Assembly: GCF_009914755.1 (NCBI RefSeq)
Contig: NC_060932.1
Origin: the human T2T-CHM13v2.0 reference genome, Homo sapiens
Direction: 5' to 3' (one strand)
DNA length: 64,000 nucleotides
Position numbers and translations under genes: made by a program. Positions 1 through 11,907 of the stretch are shown piece after piece. Numbering within the stretch: position 1 is the stretch's first letter; every line of letters starts with the position of its first letter. The notes beneath the pieces are model-generated. The model searched no databases, was not told where the DNA came from, and saw only the letters and a program-made list of their open reading frames with translations.

Positions 1-624
1 AAACAGAACCAAGGGCTGCAGGCTGGCACCCTTGGGGATAGGAAGCTGAGGAGATAGATCAAGTAGCTGTAGGGAAGGTGGAAAAGAGACAGGAGGTCTA
101 AAAAAAAAAGAGGCTGTGTGCCAAGCCAGAGGACAGCCAAGTAGGCACCATACAGTTGAGAAATAAGAACTACAAGAAGCCAGAAAAATGTCCTGTGGAG
201 CAGGGTAGTGAGGCCCAATATCAACAAAGTCTTGCACAAATACTTTTGAAGTATGGTTACTAGAAATGGATGGCCTCTTGCTCAAGGCTCAGAGCACCAG
301 GAATGCAGCAAAATAATGTCAGGCTCTTTAAGCAGCAACTACCATCACAAACCCCCAGCCAGACTCTTACCACATGTGCTGTGTGGAATGGAATGTGGGT
401 CCTACACCTGTGCTGTTTGCTTTTTTTCAGACAAATGTGCAAACTGATAACAAGACCATCTGCTTCTTCATCCGTAGATATAAAAGATGCCTACACATGC
501 AGCGAACTAATCATTTTCCTCCCTCTAACTGCTTGTCTGATTGCATAAATATGTTAGTACAATTCCATTTAATAGCTATTGCTTTAAAATTTTCTAATCC
601 TCAGCTTTGTTTATAAATTCTTAA

Positions 625-690
625 CTTCCCAAGAATGCAGAAGTATTAAGTTAATTTCTTCCCAAGAATGCAAAAGTATCAAGTTAATTT
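625..690. repeat. 33-bp tandem duplication (2 copies)
   Basis: cttcccaagaatgcagaagtattaagttaattt (625-657) repeated at 658-690 with 2 mismatches. Confidence 0.9.
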
Positions 691-1944
691 CTTCAATTAC
701 AATATCAACAATAACAACACTGCTTTCTTAGAATTGAAATCCAAATTTCTCTTTCCATGATGTTGCTTTAAGGAATGATAGGACATATTTGAAAGTTCTG
801 AATGCAATTAGATGAACAAGAATGAATCAGGATTTCTGACAAGGCAGTGTGACCTGCGATGCAAAGCCTTGTTGTCACCTCCCTTGCTTCACACTACCAC
901 TCTGGTTTTTCTTGCTTGGGTCTGCCCCAATTCTACCAACAATTCCTGAGATTCTGAACCAATGTGGCTTCAGCTGCCAGCAGAGCTGATGTTTTTGACC
1001 TTCTGCTCATCTTCAACCAATGAATATTGGTTAAATAAATCCTCTTTCCTATAGTTTGATCAATAGTATAGTGGAACATTTCAAAAAAGGGATCTTAGGA
1101 AATCAAGAATAAAGAACACAAAAAATATAGACCATCAAAAAATATTTACAGAAGACACAAGTGTTACCTTAAAGTTTAAGTCTATCATAGATAGATACTG
1201 CTGGTGTGCAATATGTATTTTACCTATTTTATCCTCCACCTTGTCTACCAAGAAGTCTGAGTGCAGAAAAACATAGGGTACTGGAGTCCTATACACCATC
1301 CCAGCCAAGCTAGCTGTGGCTGAGGTTTGGTTAAATCAGGTGAAGAAATTGCATGGTTTTATATTTTTTGTCCTTTTTATTTAGTTTCCAAGCTAATATT
1401 ACTTTGAAAATATATGTAACTTTACCTTTGTTAAAATAAAGGAGAAAGGGGCCCTTGCAGGAACCCTCTAGAACCATGCTCTCTAAAATGGATCCATTTA
1501 CCTCAGGGGGTGACGTAGAAAGAAAACATTAGGACTTTTATGTTTTGTCTTACCCTTTAAAAAAAAAGTTTTTGCTTTTACTTACATTTTAAAATATATA
1601 TGATATGCAATATGGTAGAATAGGTACGTAATGTCTAAAAAAATACCTATATATTGGGGTGCCTGATCAAAAATTGCTCACTGAGGAGAACATGATAAAT
1701 AGAGTTTGGATACCACTGCCCCAAATGATTAACACTGTGGTGGCAGTTTCCATGGAAGGTTGAGATCTGGGAAAAAGCTGGTGGAGATAGACCAGAAGGT
1801 GCACACGGAGGCAGGGAGGAGTCAAAAGGCCTAATATACTGATCACTCCTTGTCTAATGTTTTCCTTATAACCACAATTCGCGCCTTCTTTTAAGTGCAC
1901 AGGCTTTGTAATCAGACAGACTCCGCCTCCTTTACTTTCTTTCT

Positions 1945-2130
1945 GCCTGAACTTAGGCAATATCTTCCATTATTTAAGTCTCGATTTTGTTTCTATAAAA
2001 TGGAATTCATAGTATCTAAATTATATGGGTTATTATAAATAACCGTAGAGATAAGATCATAGAGATAAAAGGACTTAACATATTACCTGACAAGTAGTAA
2101 GCTCACAACAAACAATAGCTATTGTTATTT
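1945..2130 (+). mobile_element. MIR SINE fragment
   Basis: Degenerate core gtttctataaaatgg and 3' end cctgacaagtagtaagctc...agctattgttatt. Confidence 0.6.
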
Positions 2131-2244
2131 TTATTTGATCCTTACTTTAAAGACCCCTAAACCCAAAGATCCAGGCAAAGAAAATTCCAAAATTTTTGCT
2201 TGTGGCTTATGGGTAGTCATTTCTTACTCCTCAAGTAAGAGTAA

Positions 2245-2425
2245 AGGACTTGCCAGGTATTGTTCTGTCTTCACATATTCACCATTAAATCCCTATGAGC
2301 TAGATAATATTACTTCTTCATTTAACTTATCACAAAACTAAGGCACAAAGAAGTTGAGCAGTAACTTACCCAATATTATGCAGCTTACAACCCAGGAAAT
2401 CTAGTTCCAGAGCCTGTGTTTACCT
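2245..2425 (-). mobile_element. MIR SINE fragment
   Basis: Antisense core aaactaaggcacaaagaagttg...aacttacccaa. Confidence 0.55.
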
Positions 2426-2431
2426 GATAGC

Positions 2432-2648
2432 CAAGGGTTTCTCAATCTGAGCATTATTGACCTTTGGGGCCAGATAATTCTTTGTTGTGAGGGCTGTTCT
2501 GTGCTTTGTGGGGCAGTTAGTAGTCTCCCAGCCCCCTGCCCACTGGATGCCAATAGCACCTCCCCCTCAGTCTTGGCAATCAAAAATGCCTCCAGACGTG
2601 GCCAAATGTCCCCTCGGGGGCAAAATTATCTCAAGTTGAGAACCAGTG
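2432..2648 (-). mobile_element. MER20 (hAT-Charlie MITE), full length
   Basis: Ends agggtttctcaa / ttgagaaccagtg; internal gggccagataattctttgttgtg and aaatgtcccct. Confidence 0.9.
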
Positions 2649-2799
2649 TTGCACATCAACCAACCCTCTTTATTGCTTTAAAAATTGCTTTTGTCCTTAA
2701 TCTTGAGTTAGGTAATATTGTTTTCCTCATTTTGTTTATGACAAAACTAACACACCAAGTTAATTCTTATTCTTAACTGTGTCTATAGTGCAGAGTCAT

Positions 2800-2935
2800 G
2801 CAAGAGTTTTTAAAATCCTTGATGCTCACCCTGCATTCTGGGTCACTTGGATCAGGATCTCTGGAGCAGAAAGGGGCATGCAGGCATCTATGCATTTATA
2901 AGCTCACCAGACAATTCCAGTGTGCAGCCAATGAC
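2800..2935. mobile_element. MER5A-like hAT MITE fragment
   Basis: atcaggatctctgg...aggcatctatgcatttataagctcaccag...gtgcagccaa. Confidence 0.5.
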
Positions 2936-3305
2936 AGCTCTACTCACTCTTTTAAGAATCAATTCACGGAACTATTTACTCATTATGTACTTAGGAGTCC
3001 AACTCTGTAATTACAGGGCACCTGTACTGTGTCCACTTTCCTGAGTCTCTTCCACCAAAGGCTCCCATTCTATGTCCCCCTCTCAGGCCATGTGACTTGA
3101 GCATTTCCTTTCTCCACCACACATTCCTTGTCTGTATCTGCCTCCCTGTTTTTTCATGATGGTCCTTCTGTAAAGCTCTCCTGTTGTTTTGTCCTGTCCT
3201 TGGACTCAATCACCATCACCTTTCATCTGGCTTCAGCTGAAGTCAGCTTAGACATCACCCTTTTTGGAAACTAGCCTCAATGCACCATCATTTTCTGTAC
3301 CACCC

Positions 3306-3466
3306 TATATTAGTCCATTTTCACACTGCTATAAAGACATACCTGTGACTGGGTGATTTATAAAGAAAGGAGATTTAATTAACTCACAGTCTCACAGTTC
3401 TGCATGACTGGGGAGGCCTCAGGAAACTTACAATCATGGTGAAAGGGGAAGCAGGCACATCTTACA
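3306..3466 (-). mobile_element. MST/THE1-type MaLR LTR, truncated
   Basis: tatattagtccattttcacactgctataaagacatacc...gaggcctcaggaaacttacaatcatgg; stops abruptly at 3466. Confidence 0.85.
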
Positions 3467-3701
3467 ATCTCAGCTCACTGCGAGCTCTGCCTCCCAGGTT
3501 CACGCCATTCTCCTGTCTCAGCCTCACAAGTGTCTGGGACTGCAGGTGCCCACCACCACACCCGGCTAATTTTTTGTATTTTTAGTGGAGACGGGGTTTC
3601 ACCGTGTTAGCCAAGATGGTCTCGATCTCCTGACCTCGTGATCCGCCCGCCCTGGCCTCCCAAAGTGCTGGGATTACAGGCATGAGCCACCGCGCCCGGC
3701 C
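3467..3701 (-). mobile_element. AluY-type, lacking its 3' ~50 nt and poly(A)
   Basis: Diagnostics ttcacgccattctcc, ccgtgttagcca, cctgacctcgtgatcc. Confidence 0.9.
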
Positions 3702-4644
3702 AACTTGTTCGCATTTTCTTATCTTCATTTTCTTTCCTCCCTCCCATGGATCTCTGTGGTGGTCCTCTTTCTTCATCGCTTTCTCCCTGCACATTTCATC
3801 ACTGCCAACCCTCTTTCCTCATCCTGAGCCATTTGCCCACTGCTGAGAGTGGTGGCTGAACTATTTTCACTCCACGGAATTCAAAGCAAAGCCAGGCAGC
3901 TGTGGCTATAACTTATCTCTGCCTTTGACACCGAATGAAGCATCGCAAGCTTCAAGTTGTGGTGAGCCTTGTTCATGCTCAGATCAGCTTCTGTCTTTAC
4001 CATAATTCTAGGATTGCTTGTTATAATCCAAGAGTGATAGTGGAACAGTCATGGTCTTTCTGTGTCCCATCACTTAGGGTAATCCAATTTGTTTACCATA
4101 GTGAAGTTGCACTGTTATCTACTGGCTTCATTCTGCAGGAAAGTAAATTCCTCCTGCAAGATCCCCATCATTCAGAGGATTTTTAAAATGCACTAGAAAT
4201 TTGTGGGAAAACATTTACTCTAAGTATTTTTCTTCATAGTCTCAGTTCTTAGGACAAACTATAGAATGGACAGCCTCTATGAGAAGGAAGAACTCATGCA
4301 TATGAAGAGAAACTACTCCTCATAAGGTCAGAGCCAAAGGAGGCAGGGTGCAGGGGAAGTGGTCACTTCAGTATAATAAACAGGCAAGTGCCCATCTCCC
4401 TGACTCCCCTCTACTACCCATCTGACCATGACCCCTGACCATGACCCCTGAATCTTGGGCTGGGCAAAGATGGGTCTGGACCAAAGTGGGGTTCTGATGA
4501 TGGCTAATCCCTAAATCTTGTTTAGTCAGGAACTCCTCACAAACCTAATTTTCTAGAATAGTCCTCCCCATCCCCCAACCCTTCATAAACATCAATAAGG
4601 GTGTCCCCTGAGGTAATGACCCTTTAATCCTCAAAAAATAGTGA

Positions 4645-4933
<289 letters not shown>

Positions 4934-6299
4934 GATGGGGGTGGGGATTTCTTCCCTTATAGAGAAACACCTTACTTCAGACTTACCAAAGTGCCATGTT
5001 GATTGCAATTTACTTGTATAATTTAACAGCCATCATAAAGAATTCAAAAGAAAAACCACCATTTAGCACCAAAAGTAGAATTATGCTAGTTCATATTTTT
5101 GGCATAATTAACAATTCTAATCGTGCTTGTTTCATTAGGAACCTTTTGGACTAAAGAAGAGATTTTGTCTAAAAGAGTTGATGAAGGTGACTTATGATGA
5201 TTTTTAAGTATGGCAACATTTATAGGAAAGGAAGAAAGACAGAGAGAAAGATTAAATGGTGAATAAAATCCTCCAAGAGTTTTTTCTGTTTAAATGGAAA
5301 CTATTCAGTGAAGATTAGATAAATAAAAGCTTCAGTAAAATTAACGAAGAAATGAGCAGTATGTCAAATGGAAGTTTTTTCAATTTGTAGAGAAGTCACA
5401 AAAGCTGTTCCATCAGTTAATTGCCAAGCCCCTCTCCAGCTTTTCCCAAAGTTAATAAACTATAACCTGCGAGGTATTTCAAGCTGTAAACTATAGAACT
5501 AAAGTGACTACTTCTATCATTTATATATTTACTCTTAGGGTTCCTTCCTCTCTGAGGAATGATTGTTTCAGTCATCCTAAACATTTCAATGTTTTTTAAC
5601 CCAAAGAGACAACTGGCTGCTTTTGTATAGATTTGTTCAAGAATAAACATTAACTGGCATTGAAAGACTGCTCTTAGAGTATATTATGCATACTACTACT
5701 CGCCAGAATAAAGTTTCAGTTATTACACCTACATTTATAGATATACACATATGTGTGTCTATATACAGACAAGTAGACTTTTATATAGAGAGACTCTGTG
5801 TATATGAAAATGAGACCTTTATTTGCTTGCGTAACATGCCAAAATATTAAAATTAGAAACTTCAGCTAAGTGCTTCACAGTTTTGCTTGAAAATATATTT
5901 TAAAATTCATGCAAAGTTGATTCACTTTCTTGAGAATCTCAAAAGAATCATGGGCCAATCTCAGTTTCACAATTTATTTGGTTCTTAAGACTGCATTTAA
6001 AAAGAAAAAAGGGGGGGAGAAATTCACCCCCAAAAGAAAAGAAATGGTAAAAATTAATCAGCGTAAATGTATGGTAAAAGGGAACTATTTCTTAACAATC
6101 ATGATTCTCCTCTTTAATGAGAACATTAGGAACCAGATTTTTCTCGGTCCCTAAAACTGTCCCAACTTTCTAACACAAACCTTATTTGAAGGAAACTAAT
6201 GCCTGGCCATTAACATGAGTCACGAAAATGAGAATAGCTGGATTACATTCCCAGAAAATTTATTCATCCTTCACATTACCCTCATATTCTTCTTGAAAA

Positions 6300-6460
6300 C
6301 TTCCCTGGTCCCTGCTACTCATCTTTTCTCCAGACTTTCATTGCACACCTTCGCCTGATTTATGATGTTTCTCTTCCAAGCAGGTATGACCTGCTTATGT
6401 GTCTGTCACCCCAACAAGACTGTAAGTTCCTAAGGGCAAAATCTGGGTCATTCTCAGCTT
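6300..6460 (+). mobile_element. L2 3' fragment
   Basis: gtctgtcaccccaacaagactgtaagttcctaagggca. Confidence 0.5.
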
Positions 6461-6520
6461 CATAGACTTAAAACAGTGTCTTTCTTTCCATCCAAAAGAA
6501 ATAAAGGCCAATTGCATTAC

Positions 6521-6601
6521 GAAAGAAAGAAGGAAGGAAGGAAGGAAGGAAGGAAGGAAGGAAGGAAGGAAGGAAGGAAGGAAGGAAGGAAAGAGAGAGA
6601 G

Positions 6602-6656
<55 letters not shown>

Positions 6657-6705
6657 GAAAGAAAGAAAGAAGAAAGAAAAAAGAAAAGGCAGGAAGGAAG
6701 GAAAT
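6521..6705. repeat. Compound purine microsatellite (GGAA)n-(GA)n-(GAAA)n
   Basis: ~180 nt almost pure purine on + strand. Confidence 0.97.
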
Positions 6706-8297
6706 AAATGCAACTGACATCTACTTTTCAGATGGTGTGGTTCATTGCCATCATTCACTGCTATTAACACAGTGCTATTAACACAGCTTCTGTGACCTTA
6801 AGACATGAGCCAAGGATTGGACAGCATCTCAACACCGACCAACACATTCTCAGAATAGTTCCAACTGCTTTGGTATTAATCACAACATCCTTCCTCATTT
6901 CAGTATCTCTCCATAAATTAGATTCTTCCTGCCCCAAATAAATTACATTGGGAAAGATCCTGGTCATCAGATCCAGCACTGGAATAAAAAATTACTGCAC
7001 TGAAAGAGATATACTATTCACTCATTCATCTATTCACTCATTCATTCCATTGGTTTTTCTCTATTTGTTTGTGTCTTTGTTTCTTCATTTATTTTTATAA
7101 TAATCAGATGTGCAGAATTGGATTAATCCTAATCCTCAGTTCATAAGATGCCATCACCCTGATTTCATGCATGGTTCTACTTCATCTTAATTCATTTTAT
7201 TTTATTGTTGGCTTATTCTGATAATGAAATAAATTCCCTTGATCCCAACACCCAGCTACAGAACTAGAACATTGACAGTAACTTAAAGCTGAGTGTTTCT
7301 TCCCTGTTTTGTCCCCTTTTCTTCTGATGTGAAGAAACCACTCTCCAAAATTTATTACCCTCTCACAATCATTTTAATTTATCTCATATTTTTCTATACC
7401 TAAACAATACCTTTATTCATATATACTCAAAAGTACTTCTATTAATGTTTTTGTATCAGAAAAAACAGATATTTTGTTTTATTGAGATACTAAATGAGCT
7501 TTGGTCAATGTACACATGCATGGCATGTAGTCATGGTTCAATAATCTCTGGGCAGAGGTTTCAGGCCTGGAAAGGATAAAACCACTCTTTCCTTTGGCTG
7601 ATCCCTTTGTCCTTATGCCATAGCCTCAGTCCTGTGCCCAGAAGTGTGTGTGGGAGCTAGAATTCTCTCCTCTCCTCTGCCATTGGCTGGTCCTCCCAGG
7701 CAGAACATGAATTGTCAGTGGGGCTTAACTAAACTCATATTTTCCATTTGAGGGCCAGGTTCACAGCATTTTACTTGCTCAGTCAATATAACTTCTCCCC
7801 TGTTCCCCTTTTTATATTGCTACTCTAAAAATGTGTTTCCATTACATGCACATGTTCAGTCTTACAATTTAAAAGGATTATAATTCATTATCCACAGACA
7901 CAAAAGTGACCCAAATGATATCAACAAATGGTTGAAGAAAGAATGATCCACTATGCAGCTGTGTGATATCACACCCCTATACCACACCTCTCTTCACCCT
8001 GCTCCTTTCCTTCTTGAATGCCATCATCTCAGTCAGCCCTGGTCAGGCTCCAGTGAATTACTCGGTAGCTTCAATGGCTTGGGATCCCATCCTGTCTCAT
8101 CTCTCTCCCTCTCTGTGGCTCTACTTGGATAAATGGTACCTGTCAGTTGTAGGAAGAGGTAAAAGGCAATTGAGGTCCAAACCATATGAAAAATATCATT
8201 CTCCCCTGTGTTTGTATTTCACTTTACAACCTCTCAGTGTCTTCATAGACAGTATCTTATTTGAATTTAACAAAAGGCTTTTGTGATTTGTGGGCTA

Positions 8298-8413
8298 GGC
8301 ATTTTAGAGAAGACAAAACTGAAACTCAGAGCAGTCAAGAAACTTGACCAAGGTTTCATGGTGACAGGAACAGGCGGGACCCAGAATTTCTGATTCTTAA
8401 CACAGTCCTTTCC
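8298..8413 (-). mobile_element. MIR fragment
   Basis: aaaactgaaactcagagcagtcaagaaacttgaccaagg. Confidence 0.65.
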
Positions 8414-9734
8414 CTTGTACCCTCTTCTCCCACTGTCTGCAGGCCCACACTCACAGACAAGAAATGACGATCATCAACCTACAGTCTTTCTGCGGAGGAC
8501 TGGAATTGCACATGGTTTCAAAATAACATGCAATGCTCTGTCTTCCGTGTTCAGCTATTTTTCTCACGACATTTCCAACAGAATAGCTATGGGGCAAAAC
8601 AATCTTTGGAAAACCATCTTAGCTTATTTGCAATTTCAATCTCTGGCTCCATTTTACATCACATTTATAGAAAGCCTTCTTAAATACATGCTGCTAAGTT
8701 TATGTTTAAGAGCTTTGTAGGCACTTCCTTTAAAAGCAGACACTTCTTTACATAGTTCTGAATTATGTCAGTCCTGCCATTGTCACATTATTCTTTGAAA
8801 GCCCATCTTCAAAGTGATGTTAACAAACAGTCATGAAAGACAACAGTTTACAGCCACCTATTCCACTAGAACCCAAAGAAATGTAATTTATTCTATTTAT
8901 CCAGCCCTATGGAGTTAATGGACTCCCTTCATTCATCTTGTCAATAGAAAGGTTCATGACCGTATCCCATGCACAGACAAAATGACTTTCTCAGCTTCAT
9001 CTCAGTCCTGATCACTTTTCCCACCACGGCCATATTTTGGTTCATAGAGTCTCCTGCCAAGAACAGTACAGCTTAATTACCCTCCAAAATTCATAACTAA
9101 TCGTGGGCATTGCACAAACGAATGAAATGTAAAGATTCATTTGAAAACATGGGGTATTATGACCCATTATATTTCATACCTTGAATATCAGTACCTTCCT
9201 GATTGATTTCATTTCAGTTTCCATTTTTAATACTAGCACTGCATGTACAGGAGGCATAAAAATCTGCTGTTATAGGCAGCATTAATCTGCACTTGTTAAA
9301 GAATGGTTTCTCACAACCAACCCACAGCTAGCTCAATCCACTGTATAACTCAAGTTCCCTGACATTCGGCTACACGTCCTCCTGGCCTTTGCAGGTTAAG
9401 GAAGCCCTCACAAAGCACCTGCAGTCTCCAAGCATTTATGAAACTGCCCTGGATTCCCTGGGGCTCTGCAGGCTGATGCGAGTCTGAGTAGAAGGGGCAG
9501 GTGGGTGTACCAAGCAGCCAGTTTTTATTCTGGCATTTGCCAGAAGGGAAATTGCTAAAATGTTTTAGGGCCCCCTCAGGAGTATAAAAATGTCACACTG
9601 CCTGTAGCTTTTATCCCTCGCTGAAACCTTTATAAGAGCTTTCCTTCTGATCCAGCTTATATTAATTAAGCACATGCTTTTGGCCAGGGTTTTTAATAAC
9701 TTCATTTCCATAACAATCAGCAATTAATCACGTT

Positions 9735-9840
9735 CACCTTTCAGTTGCAGAAACAGGCTGGAAGACTGAGTGGCTTACCCAGATCATACAGCATAAGGGG
9801 CAGAAGCAGAATTTGAACTTGGCTCCTGGGACTCTAATGC
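9735..9840 (-). mobile_element. MIR fragment
   Basis: gagtggcttacccagatcatacagc...gcagaatttgaac. Confidence 0.55.
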
Positions 9841-9956
9841 TTGTCACCATTTAATGTCACTGCATCTCACCATACTCTAGTCATACATCTGTAGAGGAAG
9901 AAAAGTTAGGCTAAAATTAAATAGATGGTGCCTGAGTTCCCTATGGAGTCGTCATG

Positions 9957-10252
9957 ATTCACTCACTCATTCTTTCACCAAATATTTATTGAGAAACTAC
10001 TATGTACCAGGCACTTTTTTAGGTGCCATAGATATAGTGCCAATCAAAACAGACAAAACTCCCAGCCTCACAGAGTTTACATCTGCTGTGAGTCATGTTG
10101 AATACACAAGATGTAAAAAGTAAAATATATAATAAATTAGCAACCACTAAGTACTAAGAAAAAATTAGGGAGGAGAAACATGAAATGTCACAAGTTGAAA
10201 AGGGTAGAAATTTTCAGTAGTATGGCCAGAGAGTCTCTCTGAGAAGGAAACT
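9957..10252 (-). mobile_element. L2 3' end
   Basis: caaatatttattgagaaactactatgtaccaggcact...aacagacaaaactcccagcctcacagagtttacat. Confidence 0.8.
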
Positions 10253-10489
10253 TTTTCAATCTTTCCTGGCATTTTAGTTGCATTCAATTATCTCATTGGT
10301 ATTTGTTCTTTGGGATTGTTATAGGGAAATCCACCATCTCCTTTTTAGGAAACACATCGTTAGAATCAACTCGATAATGTTAATCAGCTCTCCCATTGAA
10401 TCCACTTGCTTTGGCTAGTGACTGAGGATGCAGCTAAGGACCACAAGCTGTGAGTGTGGTTTGGACAGTTCTTGGCTACTGCAGAGGCC

Positions 10490-10750
10490 ACAGGGTGAAT
10501 GAGCATGAGGCTCTGAATTCACTCTTCCTGCAGTCACATATAGATGCCCTTGATTGCCACCTTGTAATTTTCAGCATGTTACCCAACTTTTCTGTGCATT
10601 AGAAAAATCTGTCAAATGGAAATATTGGTAGTACTCACCACATAGGACTGCTGTGAGAATTAGGTGAGCGTAATCCCTGACGTCTGTACTCAGAAAAGGG
10701 CCTGGTGTATGTAATTTATATATGTAATATACATGCACAAATGTTAATAA
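10490..10750 (+). mobile_element. MIR
   Basis: atctgtcaaatggaaat...cataggactgctgtgagaatta. Confidence 0.6.
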
Positions 10751-11596
10751 ATGAAACATTAGTTTTAGTGGCATAGTCTTTAAAAACAAAGAAGTAAAGA
10801 TAGCCATACAATCTTATTTCTCTAAACAACACAGATATCAGCATGGATTGGGAGTAGCAAATATCCAGCATGAGAAAAATGTTCTTAATTTAAGGTGTGA
10901 ATATAAAATAAAAAGGCAGAGCTTCTTAGAAAAGAGTTTCAAAGGCAATTCCCTAAACATCTTGAAAAATAGCAGCAGAATCGACCTCAGTTCAGGATTT
11001 TAAAGAATAACATTCATTGAGACATAGACATAATTGTTCAGGTGATTATTTTTCATTAGTTAAAAAAAATGGCAAATCCATCAAGGGTAGAGACTACATA
11101 CTGCTATCATCTGTGTATTCCTGATCACTGTACATGTATAAAGAGACCTAGGACAAAGTGGCAAGAGGAGCCACAGGAAGTGTCCAATGACAATTGGGGT
11201 CTGAGCATGGCAAGCTCAAGCTTCGCTACAGGTTTGTGGCTTTCAAACTCTGCTCCAGATTGTCCTGGGGTTCCACAAAGATACTTCCGGGCCTGTAACT
11301 TGATAATGGCAAGGCCTTGAGAGCAGGGCTCTAGACTCCTGACCTCGCTTGGACTATTCCTGCATTTTCATGTTCATTGATTTTTTTATATACTCCAGTT
11401 ATTTAATGATAGATTTGGAAAACTTCTAATTAAAATGGATTTTATGATATTTACTGAATGACTCAAATAATAACCCCATAGTGGTGTTTACCGTGTTTAC
11501 CAGATGACCTCAATGACATAGACATCCACAGGTTTTTTTGAGATATGTATAGAGAGACTTTGACCTTCAAGAATTTTACAGCTTAATAATATAGAC

Positions 11597-11816
11597 CAAC
11601 GGTTCTCAATCCATGGAGATTTTTCCCCCAAGGGGACATTCATCAACATCGTAAAACAATTTTTATTTTCATGACTGGGGCATCATGACTACTTGTGTAT
11701 ATTAATAGTAAGAATCTAAGGATGCTATTAACCATCCTACAATACAAAGAACATTCCTCTCCAGCAAAAAATCACTTGGTCCAAAATGTCAGTAGCGCCA
11801 ATGTTGAAAAACACTG
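11597..11816 (+). mobile_element. MER20, full length
   Basis: caacggttctcaa...aggggacatt...ccaaaatgtcagtagcgccaatgttgaaaaacactg; degenerate 8-bp TSD atatagac/gtatagat. Confidence 0.85.
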
Positions 11817-11907
11817 GTATAGATAAGACAACTCAGAGAAAGATATAATCAATCAATAGTGAACAATTTAAATTTTTTAAAAGCACTGAAGGGAAAAAAA
11901 AGGTTGG

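Noticed and set aside
6468-6781. ~100-aa ORFs rich in K/E/R or F/L/S
   Set aside because: Translations of the GGAA/GAAA microsatellite.
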